A stretch of DNA of 64,000 bases, taken from NCBI GenBank assembly GCA_030248215.1, contig JASANG010000273.1, positions 620,001-684,000 on the forward strand. The letters run 5' to 3'. A model generated the notes under the pieces. That model did no database searches, was not told the origin of the DNA, and saw only the letters and a list, made by a program, of their open reading frames with translations. The DNA comes from Enoplolaimus lenunculus (Eukaryota). The translations under genes were made by a program, and so were the position numbers. Of this stretch, positions 1 to 12,970 are shown in pieces; position 1 is the first letter of the stretch; each line of letters opens with the position of its first letter.

Positions 1-1200
1 AGCAGCAAAATATTGGTTTGAGGGCAAAAATTATTTTGAAAACATTAAAATAGCTTAAAATTATTGTGTTGTTTTTGGTATTAATTTTAGATTGCGTTTG
101 AGTACGACTTTGAAACGTTACCACTTTTGCCGGATTTGATTAAATTTTAATCAACTGTGGTAATGTGATACAGTTTTCAAGTTTTTACTTGGTATTAATA
201 TATATTAATATAAACTAACGAACCTTTCCGTTTAATGTGTTATGAATAACAGCCCCCGGTAATATAGGACAACATATCGCAAACACTAAGTATAAAAGTA
301 TGAATCTATGCCCCACCATATTGATTGTTGCAGCATCTCAAGGCGGCGTGCAGCGGAACGCGGCAGCGTCCGGCACAGTAAAGTATAGTGCAATCCTCAA
401 GTGAGAATGTGAGATTGACAGAAAGGCTAAAACCTATGACTTTGTAAATCTAAAACGAAGCTAAAATCGACAGGATTATAACGTGCTATTTTGTACGGGA
501 CATGTTTTATAAACCTTAAGCCTAACGATTAATTTTTACCTAAAACTAAACATGAATGTTGAGCCTAATTTAAAGCCTATGCGAAAACGTAACACCGTGG
601 ACTTTGAGAGCTTTTTTGTAAAACTTAACCTACACACAAAGTGAATTGTCTTATATTTAAGAAATATTGTAGAAAATTTAAGACAATTATGTTTTAATAT
701 GGACTCCAGACACATATGTTGTCTTGAATTCTAGATTTATATTTTTTAAAAATTTTCAGACTTAAGTCTGAAATTTAAGACTTGTTTCGTGAACGATTAA
801 AACAAATATATTTGAAACATTTAATAAAAAATGTCTCAAATAGAAGACAATTATTTTCTAGGAAAATGACTCCAAAATTGGGGACAAAAGCTGAACTAAA
901 TACCCTAATTTTACAACCTAAGATACGTCCAAGACATAAACTTTATGGTTGGTGGGAGCCTGAGGTCGCAATCCGAAACATCATTGAAATTTGATTTTAA
1001 ATCAACTTCTAGAATATAAGCGGAGCAACTTATTTACACACATAAAAATCAAAAAATTAGTCTTGAAACGTACGAATTTATGTATTATAAATTGGCATAA
1101 GTAATTTTATGCATATCAAAGGTTGACCAATGTTACTTTAAAGGCCGTCCCATTTCCCCCAGGACAGAAATGTACCCGGAGTACATTCCAAAAATATAAT

Positions 1201-2146
1201 TGGGACAGCGGGACAATTGGGACAGATGAGACAATGGGACAGATGGGACAGTTGGACAGCTGGGACAGATGGGACACTTGGGACAGACGGGACAGATGGG
1301 ACAGTTGGGACAGATGGGACACTTGGGACAGCTGGGACAGATGGGACAGTTGGGACAGATGGGACAGTTGGGACAGATGGGACAGTTGGGACAGATGGGA
1401 CGGTTGGGACAGATGGTACAGCGGGACACTTGGGACAGTTGGGACAGATGGGACAGATGGGACAGATGGGGCAGATGGGACAGCGGGACAGATGGGACAG
1501 CGGGACAGATGGGACAGCGGGACAGATGGGACAGTTGGGACAGATAAGACAGTTGGGATACTTGGGACAGATGGAGCAGTTGGGAGAGTTTGGGACAGTT
1601 GGGACACTTGGGACAGATAGGACAGTTGGGACTTTTGGGACAGATGGGACAGTTGGGACAGCTGGGACAGATGGGACAGTTGGGACACTTGGGACAGATG
1701 GGACAGATGGGACAGTTGGGACAGATGGGACAGTTGGGACAGCTGGGACAGATGGGACAGATGGGACAGATGGGACAGTTGGGACAGATGGGACAGTTGA
1801 GACAGATGGGACGGTTGGGACAGATGGGACAGCGGGATACTTGGGACAGATGGGACAGATGGGGCAGATGGGACAGCGGGACAGATGGGACAGCGGGACA
1901 GATGGGACAGATGGGACAGTTGGGACACTTGGGACAGATGGAGCAGTTGGGAGAGTTTGGGACAGCGGGACAGATGGAACAGATGGGACAGTTGGGACAG
2001 TTGGGACACTTGGGACAGATAGGACAGTTGGGACTTTTGGGACAGATGGGACAGATGGGACAGTTGGAACAAATGGGACAGATGGGACTGTTGGGACAGT
2101 TGGGACAGATGGGACAGAAGGGACAGATGGGACAGTTGGGACAGAT
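1201..2146 (+). repeat. G-rich minisatellite of 8-10 bp units (GGGACAGAT / GGGACAGTT / GGGACACTT)
   Basis: Directly visible tandem array with higher-order blocks. It explains the low-complexity ORFs on both strands. Confidence 0.97.
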
Positions 2147-2340
2147 ATATATGTATATATAGGTATATATAATATATATGTATATATATGTATATATGTG
2201 TATAATGTATTATATATACATATATATACACATATGTATACACATATATACATATATATACAAATATATACACACATATATGTGTATATATGTTTGTATA
2301 TATATGTATATATATTATATATACCTACGTAGATATATCT
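2146..2340. repeat. Degenerate (TA)n / (TATATG)n microsatellite
   Basis: Directly visible low-complexity TA/TG/CA tract. Confidence 0.95.
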
Positions 2341-2842
2341 GCTAGTGCATATGTAAACAGGAGCGCATAAGTGTGCACTCCGGGTATATTTGTGTCCCAT
2401 GCAATTGGGACGGCCTTTATAGTAACATGGGCCAAAAGGTTTATGTTTTAACCATTTCAAACACGAGTCTCTGAGCTGTTTAATCGTCTGAAATATCACA
2501 CATTTATCTCTTGAAAATTTAAGAAAATATGAGTCTTCAAATTTCAATTCAAGACAATATATTCTGTGTGTAGGCATAAAGTAAAGCACAAGCTAAAAGC
2601 GAAAATCTAAGCCAAGTTTCGAATTTAAGCAAAGGATTAAAATCATGTATGCAGGAACTGGGATGTCTGTGGGTGCCGGTCGATACGCCCAGAAAAAATA
2701 AGGGAGTCGCTGATATATTTAAATCCCACCAAACCCATTGTTCCGTAGTGTAATTTAAACTTTGGCCTATTTAAAACCAAAGGGTGAACGCTTCAAACAA
2801 TTAACACAGGTTGTACTGACCGGCATGACTTTTACCCATGAG

Positions 2843-2948
2843 CAATGGCGGATCCACGGGGGGGGCACGGCAGTATGGGTCAAAAATAAGTTTATTACCG
2901 GTGAAATTTTGGCCCCCCCCCCATTTTGAGATCCTGGATCCGCCACTG
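2843..2948. mobile_element. hAT-like MITE
   Basis: TIR CAATGGCGGATCC / GGATCCGCCACTG with an exact 8-bp TSD CCCATGAG on both sides. Related ends occur near 24153 and 56179. Confidence 0.85.
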
Positions 2949-3694
2949 CCCATGAGAGTAACTAAATATGGTCTAGCCCGCTCAACATGCTAAATGAGCC
3001 AAAATAGTTTCAGAAATGGCCTGCTGTAGATTTCACAAGGCTATGGGGCTAAGGTTAGGGAAGCTAAGGTCCCCCACTAGCCCCTCTGGTCATGAATTCG
3101 TGCCAGTACTTTATATCAGGTTAATGGCAGTACAACATATAACCAATTTATGTTTTATAAGCAGAGCAGATATATTTTTGCACTGTACAAACCAGTAATA
3201 CCGTAAAGCATGTAAATGTGTGTTTCGAGTGTTTATGAATCTTTGGTTGACAACTGGTTTAAATTTTGTGTGCACTTAAATGGTTGATCATTCTACGATG
3301 CTCCTTTTAATGGTTAATAAAACACAAATTAAAAATTCAAAAATTAATTTCAAAACAGTTCCAAGAGATACTAAACACTAAACTGTGTGAAAACACTAAA
3401 TTTTGAAAAATGGGGCTCAAATAAGTTGATAAAATGTGTTGTTTTGAATGGTGAAACATTATCTGCATAATTAGTAAGTAGTATATATAAAGGACTCTTT
3501 GTAATCATATAATAGTTTTACCAACTTCCGGAGTGGTCAGGAGCAGTAGGTCACTCTCAGCTGCTCTTGTGATCACTAGAAAATGCTAAGTTTCAGTTTG
3601 ATCAATAAAAGTATTTTTGTGGCAGATTTAGCAAAAAATAATATCATTCGTACTCTGATAATGGCTTATTTTAAGAATCGTATCAAAAATAAAA

Positions 3695-3800
3695 TCCTAA
3701 GCCTAAGCCTAAGCCTAAGCAAAAAATGTAATCTTAAATCTAAACCTACTCTTTTATAAACCCGCCAGAAACGTTGACGCCCCTAAAAGCAACAAAGGCC
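3695..3800 (+). mobile_element. Right half of telomere-repeat-bearing GGCC-TIR MITE
   Basis: (CCTAAG)4 followed by sequence matching 14865-14947, ending AAAGCAACAAAGGCC. Confidence 0.7.
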
Positions 3801-5272
3801 GACAATACCATGTAAGCAAATGTCCGCTTAACGCAAAACATCAGCTTTAGTAGCCATCGAAGTGAACATAACAATATTTATTGGTTGAATTCAAAAATTT
3901 AACCACATCGCAAGGCGTAGCACAAAATCATAGAGCATTTTCGTAATAGACAAACCGTATATAAAATATATTCGGATATACACGGTATATACATAAAACA
4001 AGCCAAACAAACAATTTTAGCTGAGATCTGGGCCCATATTCTCAAATGTGTATAGCAACTATCATCAGTTATTACTAGGTCTTCAAACTCACTAACTATT
4101 GCAGCCGTTGAACTGAAAATTGTTACAGGAGTAGGTAATGCAAAGCATATGCTAAAAATGTGCTGAATTTTGAGCCTCAGCATTTACTATTTCTGTTCGA
4201 ATGTTACAAGACCTATCAAAATGACGGTATGCCCAACACACAATTGAGAATAAGGGCTCTGACTTGTAAGACTTTTTACAAGATTTAAATTTAAACCTGA
4301 ATTTATTTTAATTAAAATCTCAATTTATTTTCAACCAACCACCAGCGTTTCAGATTTTCAAACCATTCAAACACCTGTACGTGTGTTCATTTGTACATTT
4401 TAAGCTCCAAAAATCGAAGTTATAAAATATTAAGGATTCTGTCAAATTTGTTATTCACAACGTTAATTTTTTACGCTCAGAGTTTTCGCAGTTTAACACA
4501 ACGCTTTTAGCGTTTTGCAGCTTGCAAAATGTGTTATAAAACACGCTCTGTTCTCGAAGAAACTGTAGGATTTATCTGTTAGTCCTATAAAACCCAAGCG
4601 TAAAGATAAACCTATGCATAAACGAACGCCTAAGCATAACTAAAAAAACTAGTGTAATGCTTAAACTTACTCTATTGCACTAGCGCGGACAAACGGTGCG
4701 TACCTGAGTTTTACATGGACCAAAATACTAAACTCTTTTCGCATTTTGAAACATACCGTTCTTAGTATACTCCTTTAGCGTTTTTCCGCTTGCCAAAAAG
4801 CATTTTCAAAGGCGAAATTTAAAACGCGGAAAGGAATTAAATATGGTTTTATTGTTGACATGATTGTGTAATAAAATTTTATAGTAGCATTAAGAAAATT
4901 ACAGAAAATAAAACAGACAGCAACATCATTCAAGCGTCGATGATATACAAATGACATGCAATTGCTTTTGTCCCGTAGAACAACGTACCCGTTAACTCCA
5001 TACAAACAACCAAAGAGCAAGCAATAAAACAAAAGCATGCCGTGCGTGTGTTGTTCACAATAATTTTGTCAACAGTGTCACATGTTGCGTTTTAAGAAAT
5101 CCGTTTTAGGTTTGTATAAATACTACGGTTTGCGTTAAGCTCATTTCATTCATTTTTCCTTCAGTTAGTTAAGCACATTTTTTTGCAGAAGTCGTCAAAA
5201 TTAATGCAAACAGTGTATAACAAGACATGAATTTCGAACATCCACAATCAGTTTGTACTGCACAATATACAC

Positions 5273-5276
<4 letters not shown>

Positions 5277-5345
<69 letters not shown>

Positions 5346-5351
5346 TATATA
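5277..5351. repeat. (TA)n microsatellite
   Basis: Near-perfect TA run. Confidence 0.97.
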
Positions 5352-6400
5352 CAGCAAAATATTCTATCAGCTTCCCTGCAACTCATCACACAATACGGTC
5401 AGCGACCCTCGTGGAAAAGTGTTGACGCAAAAGCTTTTGAGCCACAGGGATTTGTAGTTTTCATCCTTTCAAAAAATTTGGGCTGTTTATTTTTAAGCAA
5501 TAACGAAAATTGGAAAACAACGTTTGGAATTGACAGAAAATATAAAAATGGTTTTTGAAACACATTCAGGATACGGGTATAATATTGATATAAAACGAAT
5601 ATGCAGTGTTTTCTAAGCAAATTATATATTTTAAAATTTGAATTTGTAAATGATTTTCGACAGAGGCTGTTTTTGATTGAGTTAGAATTACAAATTTTTT
5701 AATTTTTAGTACTGAAAACTTGCTACCTCAAATATGGGTTATACAGGACAGCAATCTATATATGTATATATAACGTTACAAAATACAAATAATTCATACG
5801 TGAACCAAAGCATTAAATATTAAATTCAAATTAGCAGCAAGCAATAAAGCACCAGTTCAACAGTTAACAGTAACCAAAAACAAACCGAAATTCAAGACTT
5901 TGCCAAAATAATTTTCAATCTGAAAATTTTTATGGATATAATTTTCTGCGGACTTTTCATTAATAAAATTTTCCCATTTTAAACAATGAGGACCAGTGCA
6001 GTTAAATTTTACAAAATTTTACTTATCAGCTGAACGAATCGGTAAAACGAGACTGGTCCGAAGTGGTCCATCCCTGAATTTCAGATCCTGGACCGACGTG
6101 GGCCAAACCAGATGTGGTTTCAAGCCGGTCGGGTTCACATCACTATGTATCGCTGACTGGTGATAGGTGCTATAGCAATTTAAGAATGCGTTTGCTCAAA
6201 ATATGTACATATAAATCGAACACTATGACTAGACACAGAATAGTGCAGTTGCAGGCTGACATCTTATTTTGCAATCCATTGAACTTTAGACATTTAAATC
6301 GAATGACTCCACCTAAAACTTGCTTAGCGGCGTATTCATATACGTATGTTGTAGTACCGAACTTACGGTATATAAAGCTATTGTAGCGAAAAGTTGGCAT

Positions 6401-6473
6401 GGCTGTGTAGCTCACTGGTTAGAGCCGCGGATCGGTAATCCGTACGACGTGAGTTCGAGCCCTACCGCATCCG
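6401..6473 (+). pseudogene. tRNA-like sequence (Thr, GGT anticodon): probable tRNA pseudogene or SINE head
   Basis: Folds as a cloverleaf: acceptor GGCTGTG/CGCATCC (1 mismatch), D stem GCTC/GAGC, anticodon stem GCGGA/TCCGT with loop TCGGTAA, T loop TTCGAGC. A and B boxes are present. It lacks U33 and has a T-stem mismatch. Confidence 0.6.
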
Positions 6474-7332
6474 CAACGATATTTTTGTTAACGACTCTAT
6501 AAGGTACGGCTTGACTTAAAAGTACTATCAAATTGTCGGACATTCAACTTTGCACCGGTTAACGATTTGAGTCACTATTAATAACCAAATTTAAATTAAA
6601 GGTAACTTTAAATATGTGAAAAAAATGTCAACGAGCCAAGATCTTGGTTCAAAAATGCCGACATTAATTAAGTATATATGGCTTTATTTTACAGCCTATT
6701 TGCTTCAGCTAGCATTTCAAAAAATTCAATTCTTAACGTCACCGGTGCTGTCACAGAGCCTTACGCTTCTCAAAAGTTAATAGTATATCTTTTCGGTGAA
6801 ATGCCTGCATAAAACCCTACGATTCAAAATCAATAATTGGAATTTAAAATATTTTAAGTCTTACTTAAAGATTTTGCAAATACAACCGTTATACAGAACA
6901 CTACAGTGTGTTTCGTTTTCATCAAATTTTGCGTGACTTCCCTCATACCATAACCAAAATTTTTAAAAAAAACTAGGCCAATGTATACAACAGGGCCGTA
7001 ACAGTAGCATAATAAGCATATTTCTTAGTCTACGCGAAGCCTAAGCCTAAGCGTCGGAATTAGCTTAGCCTAAGCAAAAAATTAGTCTAAAGCTTAAGCT
7101 TACTCTATCGGAGTTCCAATGAAAAACGTTCCTCCTGGACAAAATTTCAATTAAATTATTTTAAATATATGAGAATTTAAAGAATCATTATATAAGAATG
7201 AATTCCGCAGAGGCTAGTTTAACCCACCGGTGGTGTACCTCCCGAACAGTCTGTGCGATGACAATTTTTTTCGTTTCCATTTGCTTCAGCCAAAATTAAA
7301 AAAAAAAACAAATTTTCTCAAATATAAAAAGT

Positions 7333-10300
7333 TTAAATATGATTAAGAGACGAATTCGACGCGTCAGCGTTCGCAGGTAGCAGCCGGATCATATCGTGGG
7401 GCAACTGGATGGTAACAGATTTTTTAGTATTTGCCGACGGTGGGGTGGTTTCTTTCGCTGCCAGGGGTCTCGCATTTCGGACAATAATAGGTCGAATAAC
7501 CCCCGGATTAGGGGGGACCCGGGAACGAGACGCTGGTTGTAGTTCATGAACAGGATGCCAGTGTAATTTTGATTTGGAAATATGTTCACGATAAAATAGC
7601 ACCACAATTCCGACAATTACTAGTAAACTTAGTATTCCAAGAACAACTGCTAAACTACGAATGTACGCATTGGTTGCTGGGCGTAGATTCGGTACCATGT
7701 GAATGCCGGGTCCCCCGCCGGTATAAAAATGAGCTGCGCCACATTTTGAACCCCCGTGACCGCTGTCTAAAGGACTGTTCAGTGCTGCGTCGTGGTCTAT
7801 ATGTTTATCGTCGTTGTTTATAACGCTTGTTAAGAATATATTTCGAGCTGTCGATAAATGATAGCCTGATTTGCATAGAGTTCGTCGCGGTTGGGCAAAT
7901 GTGATCGGATATCGGCGATTACCTAGGTACATTTGATTTTTGTTATTGTTGATGTCGTTGTTATTATTAATTTGTTTTGTTTCCGGCGATGTTATGCTGC
8001 TCGAAACACCGCCGTATACGAACCAGTCAGAGAACCACGCGTCTTCGCATGCGCAACGCCATGGATTACCTGGAAGGTTAATAGTACTATCGAAATTAAT
8101 TCTATTTTAAAATCTATTCAAATCGGTTGTATTTCGTAATATGTGATTCATTTTAAATCATAACTTAGGTTTATTGTTACAAAATGCGCGTTCGAAAAGC
8201 TTTGTGTTCGCATTTATAGAAGCTTTTTAATTAGTAGCTGTATTCGCAGCAAAAATATCCCGATTTTTGTATCCGACATACTACCAAAAGCGCTGAATAG
8301 CTGCCATATCAGTAGGTATGAGATATGTTTGACTTCCGTACTTGACACTACTATATATGGATACACACATAAATTTCAGGGTGTGACCGGATACCAAAAA
8401 ATATCGGTGCCGGATGATCTAATATACTACCTCAGTCGGAGCCTGATAGTTAATTCAAATCTAATACTACATGGATTTTAAATATCAGAAGGTAGCAAAC
8501 AAATTTCTTCCGTGGCTCAAAGTATCCAAAAGCTTTAATACGTAACAAAGCTTAGCATCTCATGACAATAAATATTTTACACCTTAACAACAACCCTATT
8601 CCACAATTCTGTTTTTGTAGCGTCGCGTTTAGTTGCAATATTTGTTTGGACCATGTTACTTTTAAGCGTATCCAGTTTTTCCTAAATACATCAAATAATG
8701 GTGCCTTAGGATCACGGCGGTATTTGGCAGGTCTTGGTCTCCGTTTTTAACTACATTATCTTGGAACCGAGACCAGAAGTCGAGGATTCCACTAATGTAT
8801 GGCTGTATTATTGTAGTAAGTGATGCCTGATGGATAAATAAAATTTCGATATGAATCAATAAATTTTCATAGTCACGCAATTAAGTATGCGCAGATATTC
8901 TAAAAAACATGTTAGAAAACATGTGCAGGTATAAAGCCCATCAGTTCCATGGCAGTTGGCATATATTTAATCATGGTTTCAATATTTTGAAGTTTTTAAA
9001 AAATATCCGGCAAGTTAAAAACCGGAGCCGGATGTCGATTTTCCCATAACCAAAGCCGGATATCCGGTCGCACCCTGAAATATGTATGTATATGTGTGTG
9101 CGTTATTTTAATTTTAGCAAAATTAACCTTATCAATATTACTGTTTAGCAGAGCCAAAAATTCACTTGGGTATAGATTAACCACAAACTGTTACAACATC
9201 AAATCATTTGAAATGTCACTGCCAGCAAACCCGAATGTAAACGCTCTTAAAACATTACTTACTCCAATTAATGACAATATACTGACATTTAATTTCGAGG
9301 AAAATATTTTAAAATTGGATTAAGGTAATACTCAATTAATGCTACATTAAAACGCCGCGTTATAGCTGCATTCATTTTACCAACACAGTTTAACATGATT
9401 GAGAATCCCTGGACGAAACAAATTTATGGTCACAAACCAATACATACCTAGAGCACGTGAACCAATTTTTCATGACAAAAAAGCCCAAAGCGTAAGCTTT
9501 AGACTAATTTTTTTGCTTAGGCTTAGGCTTTGGCGTAGGCTTAGGTATATGCTCATTCTTAGGCTTAGACTTAGGACTTGACATTACCACTAGTACGTGC
9601 AGAACAAAATATTCACAAGACGTGAGAGCCCGTTTGAGGTCGAGGGTCAACCTCCTATAGCTGAGTGGTGATGGTAAAACGCTTCTCACACAAAAGTCTG
9701 GGTTCGAATCCTGGCTTCAAAAGTGGATATTCTCAAATGCGTGTAGCACCTACCACCATTGATGATAGGTTCTATACGTATCGCAAGCGCAAATCCAGAA
9801 CTTCAAAATTTGATTGCTCCATGTTGGGACCTGACCTTGACACACTTAGGGTTGCGATATACACGGCGTCGACGGCGTCGTACAGGTGACGAACGACGCC
9901 GCCATACGGGTGACACGGTTACGGACGGCATCTGACGGCGCCGGACGTCAAGAAAAGCATAGCGCAACCTTTAACTGTTGTAGTTCGGTTGTTGAAATTC
10001 TAATGTTAACTAATTAGTAATAGCTGCTATATACATTTGAGAATACGGGCTTAGATCTCAATTTGAATAGAACATATTCACGCGAAATTTAGTGGAAAAA
10101 GTTTCAACTTTAACCTTTAAGACAACCAACCTGATATGTCAACCAACCCCAACGACTGTGGCAATGAACCAATGGTAACGTTGTAGACAACTTTCAATTG
10201 ATTATCGTTCAAATATAGCTTCTCCAACGACAACAGCGGTTGAAACGCGTTCGATTCAATTTCGGCGATTTGATTATGACCCAAATTTAATATTTCAACA

Positions 10301-11526
10301 TTTTTCAACCCTTCCAGAGCCAGGGAGTCCAATGTGGCGATGTTGTTATGCGATGCAAATAGTCTTTTTAGGCCTTTGAGCGGGCCGAAAACACGTTCTT
10401 CAAGATCGTAAATTTGATTTTGTTGCAAGGAAAGGGTTTCCAGGGAAGAAAGTCCCAGGAAGCTACTTTCAGTCAATGATCGAAGCTGGTTATTGGTTAA
10501 GGATAGGATGGTTAAGTTCGCCAGGGCGGCTAAGCTTCCAGAAGGGACCTCTGTAAGCTTATTTTTGTCTAAATGTACCACTCGTAAAGCTGTATGCGGC
10601 GACAGCTCAATATCGCCAAAGTCTCGCAACGAATTATTGCTAAGATACAACTTTTGAAGTGAGCGCAACTGGTGTGAGCCTAAAAACGTCGACAAATTGT
10701 TATTTGACAAATCTAGGGTGAGCAAACTTGTTGAAACCCCGGCTAGAGTGGCTGGTTCAAAATCTATTAGCGCGTTATTGGCTAGACTTAGCGATTCTAG
10801 TCTGCGTAGCCCAGTGAACATTTCAGTCTTGAGAATTTTGAGTTGATTGTAGCTTAAGTCTAGAATTCGAAGCTGGGACAAATCAGCAAACGCGCCCGAG
10901 TCAATTGTGGTAATTTTATTTCGTTGCAGAGACAAGTATCGTAACGACGAAAGGTCTTGCAGATCAGCGGCGTATATTCTCGATAATCGATTACCACTGA
11001 GACATAGCCGTTTCAGTTCTCGGAGCCCTTCGAACATTCCGGGGTTAATCCGATCCAGGGCGTTATTTCGTAGTTCTAGCTCAGCTAAACCTTCACCAAG
11101 CCGCTGGAGACAGCCGGGCAAAAACGCTCCTACTTCGCTCGTTTCCATTATTAAGCTTGTAGTGGTAACATTGCGGAAAAAATAGCTCGGGACCAGGGGT
11201 AAGACGTTATCCCATAACCAGAGTTTAGTTAATCGAGTGCCATAAGGAAATGTTTTGATTGCGCGCAAAATTTGAGGCATAGTCCCACGGTTGCAACCGA
11301 CAGTTGGTAATTGGGTGGCAGGAGTGATTAGGCGAGGGTTGTCAGATGCTTTGGGGGCTCCTGGCTGGGGGTCAGGTGGGCTGACGTCTTGAATACATTG
11401 ACAGGGTTTGCCACGAAATTGAGTTTGAAGGGTGGCACAGATATCGGTTGGATTTGACGTGTCGGACGTGAACGATGGTGAGCAAAGGGTAAATGCGATC
11501 AGTAAATGCAGCAGTAATTGCACCAT
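7333..11526 (-). CDS. Leucine-rich-repeat type I transmembrane protein (signal peptide, LRRs, LRRCT, TM, cytoplasmic tail), ~710 aa
   Basis: Exons 11526-10131 and 8069-7333 join GT-AG in phase 1 (VDISG|NPWRCACEDAWFSDW, the LRRCT motif). Hydrophobic N-terminus MVQLLLHLLIAFTLC, many LxxLxLxxNxL repeats, TM segment LAVVLGILSLLVIVGIVVLFY. Total 2133 nt, in frame. Confidence 0.92.
8377..9077. mobile_element. Composite CAGGG-ended MITE in the LRR gene intron
   Basis: Ends CAGGGTGTGACCGGATA / TATCCGGTCGCACCCTG. Internal part 8710-8900 resembles 45010-45185 and, inverted, 53090-53220. No clear TSD. Confidence 0.55.
9725..10051. mobile_element. PIF/Harbinger-like MITE containing a nested second MITE (9849-9970)
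   Basis: Outer ends TATTCTCAAATG / CATTTGAGAATACGGGC match the 14167 family. The inner element GGGTTGCGATAT...ATAGCGCAACCT is flanked by TTA on both sides. Confidence 0.65.
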
Positions 11527-12970
11527 GGTTAAGAGTCTAAAATATAATTTGTAGATAAAATAATGACAAGAAATGTTGTTTTTATCTACTGTAATTAATA
11601 AAACAATTAAATTAATGTTGAAATAAGTTGTGGGAACAGAACGACGCAAATAAATGAACAGCAATGGTTTCCATTTTTAACGCACGGTCAGTAAATTTCC
11701 ACTCGCTCCTTACGTGAATTGTACTAGCTCATGTAGTATTAATTATTATGAGGCAGGGGTCCAAATATCACTGAAGTTTCACTTTGGGCCGAGATTATTA
11801 ATGAAATTCGATTGTTTCTTAATTTCGATCCAGCAATTTTTGAATAGTAGAGGAAATTTTTTTGGCGTACGGAAAACAGGAAAATAAAATGATTCTGAAA
11901 AATCCTAAAAAATATTAATCGCCACTGCAGGGCAAAAAGTTGAAATAATTCATATTTTTACGGTAAAGCCGTATTTTCAAATTTTGTGGGTGAAGTTTAG
12001 GTAAATTTGATGAAAATACCTAATGTTTCGTGCTACTTGACAAATATTTCCGGAAAATTAGTTTAATTGCTTTTTTGATGTCCGACAATTTTAAATTCGT
12101 TAGCGTCTTTAGTTCAACGCTGGGACCATATCGCTGAACTCAAGTTTCAACTTACACTTGAATTCTCCAAATCGTATGACTAGAATTATAAGTAAAACAA
12201 GTACTCCATTGAGAAACGAAACTATAGGTTTGAATAATATTTTCAAAATGTGTTCAACATAACAGACACAAACAGCGCATTATTTCCGATTAACTCACAT
12301 TAGTTTGGTTATATCAGTCGAATTACTTTTTGAGATTATAATGTTAAATTATTCGAATCCAGATTGCCACATGAAAACCGTACATCCAAACACAGATGAT
12401 TTTGAAAACGTCCAAATATGGTTATTTTGGATAAATATAAATAATTGGGCTTTGTCCGCGATAGTATTAGTTAACAATAACAAATGCTTGCGTGTAGTCC
12501 AAATGTGTCGTTAAAACGTTTTTGTTTCATTTTGATTCCCAAAAGTTTAAGCGTCGTTTGTGATCTTTGGCGATTATTTTTAATATGAAATTCGTTGTTA
12601 AGTAACCATTTAGTTCCAAATTCGACCCAGAATTTTAAAAACGAGCACAGACCACACGCTGTGTATTTTGGTGTAAAGTGACACTGGCTAGCACAGAGTT
12701 GAAAGAATTCCGAAATAAAAACGTGCAACTGTATTAACACAACAATGTTAAAGGTAGTTAGTTAGTTTGCTCTGATTTTAATAGCATATAATATTAAAAT
12801 TTTAAATTCTAAAATTGTAAACGACCTAGTTTTTATTGCAACAACATTTAATTTAAATACCGTTAATGACATAGCTACTCTCTAACTAGAGAGTAGCGGT
12901 TTCCGGATTTTTTTATATCGGGACTTTGTTTTAAACTTCGGAAAGTACTCTTGGGACTTGTATGGTTGTT

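Larger units (their letters stand above)
1125..2433. mobile_element. Non-autonomous DNA transposon (GGCC-TIR family, 8-bp TSD) with internal minisatellite
   Basis: Left end GACCAATGTTACTTTAAAGGCCGTCCCA...GTACCCGGAGT is the inverted repeat of the right end ACTCCGGGTAT...TGGGACGGCCTTTATAGTAACATGGGCC (~65 bp, imperfect). Flanks are CAAAGGTT (1117-1124) and AAAAGGTT (2434-2441), a 7/8 TSD match. Confidence 0.85.

Noticed and set aside
1116..2589. Long overlapping ORFs (GTDGTV, VPSVPT, WDRWDS and QMGQLG repeats) resembling antifreeze or collagen-like proteins
   Set aside because: They arise from a stop-poor minisatellite open in several frames on both strands inside a TIR element, with no splice or codon evidence.
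3695..3720. True telomere or chromosome end
   Set aside because: Only four units, embedded in a MITE fragment with ordinary sequence on both sides.
11527..11664. N-terminal extension of the 515-aa LRR ORF
   Set aside because: It starts at a non-ATG codon upstream of a splice acceptor. The signal peptide begins at the ATG at 11526.
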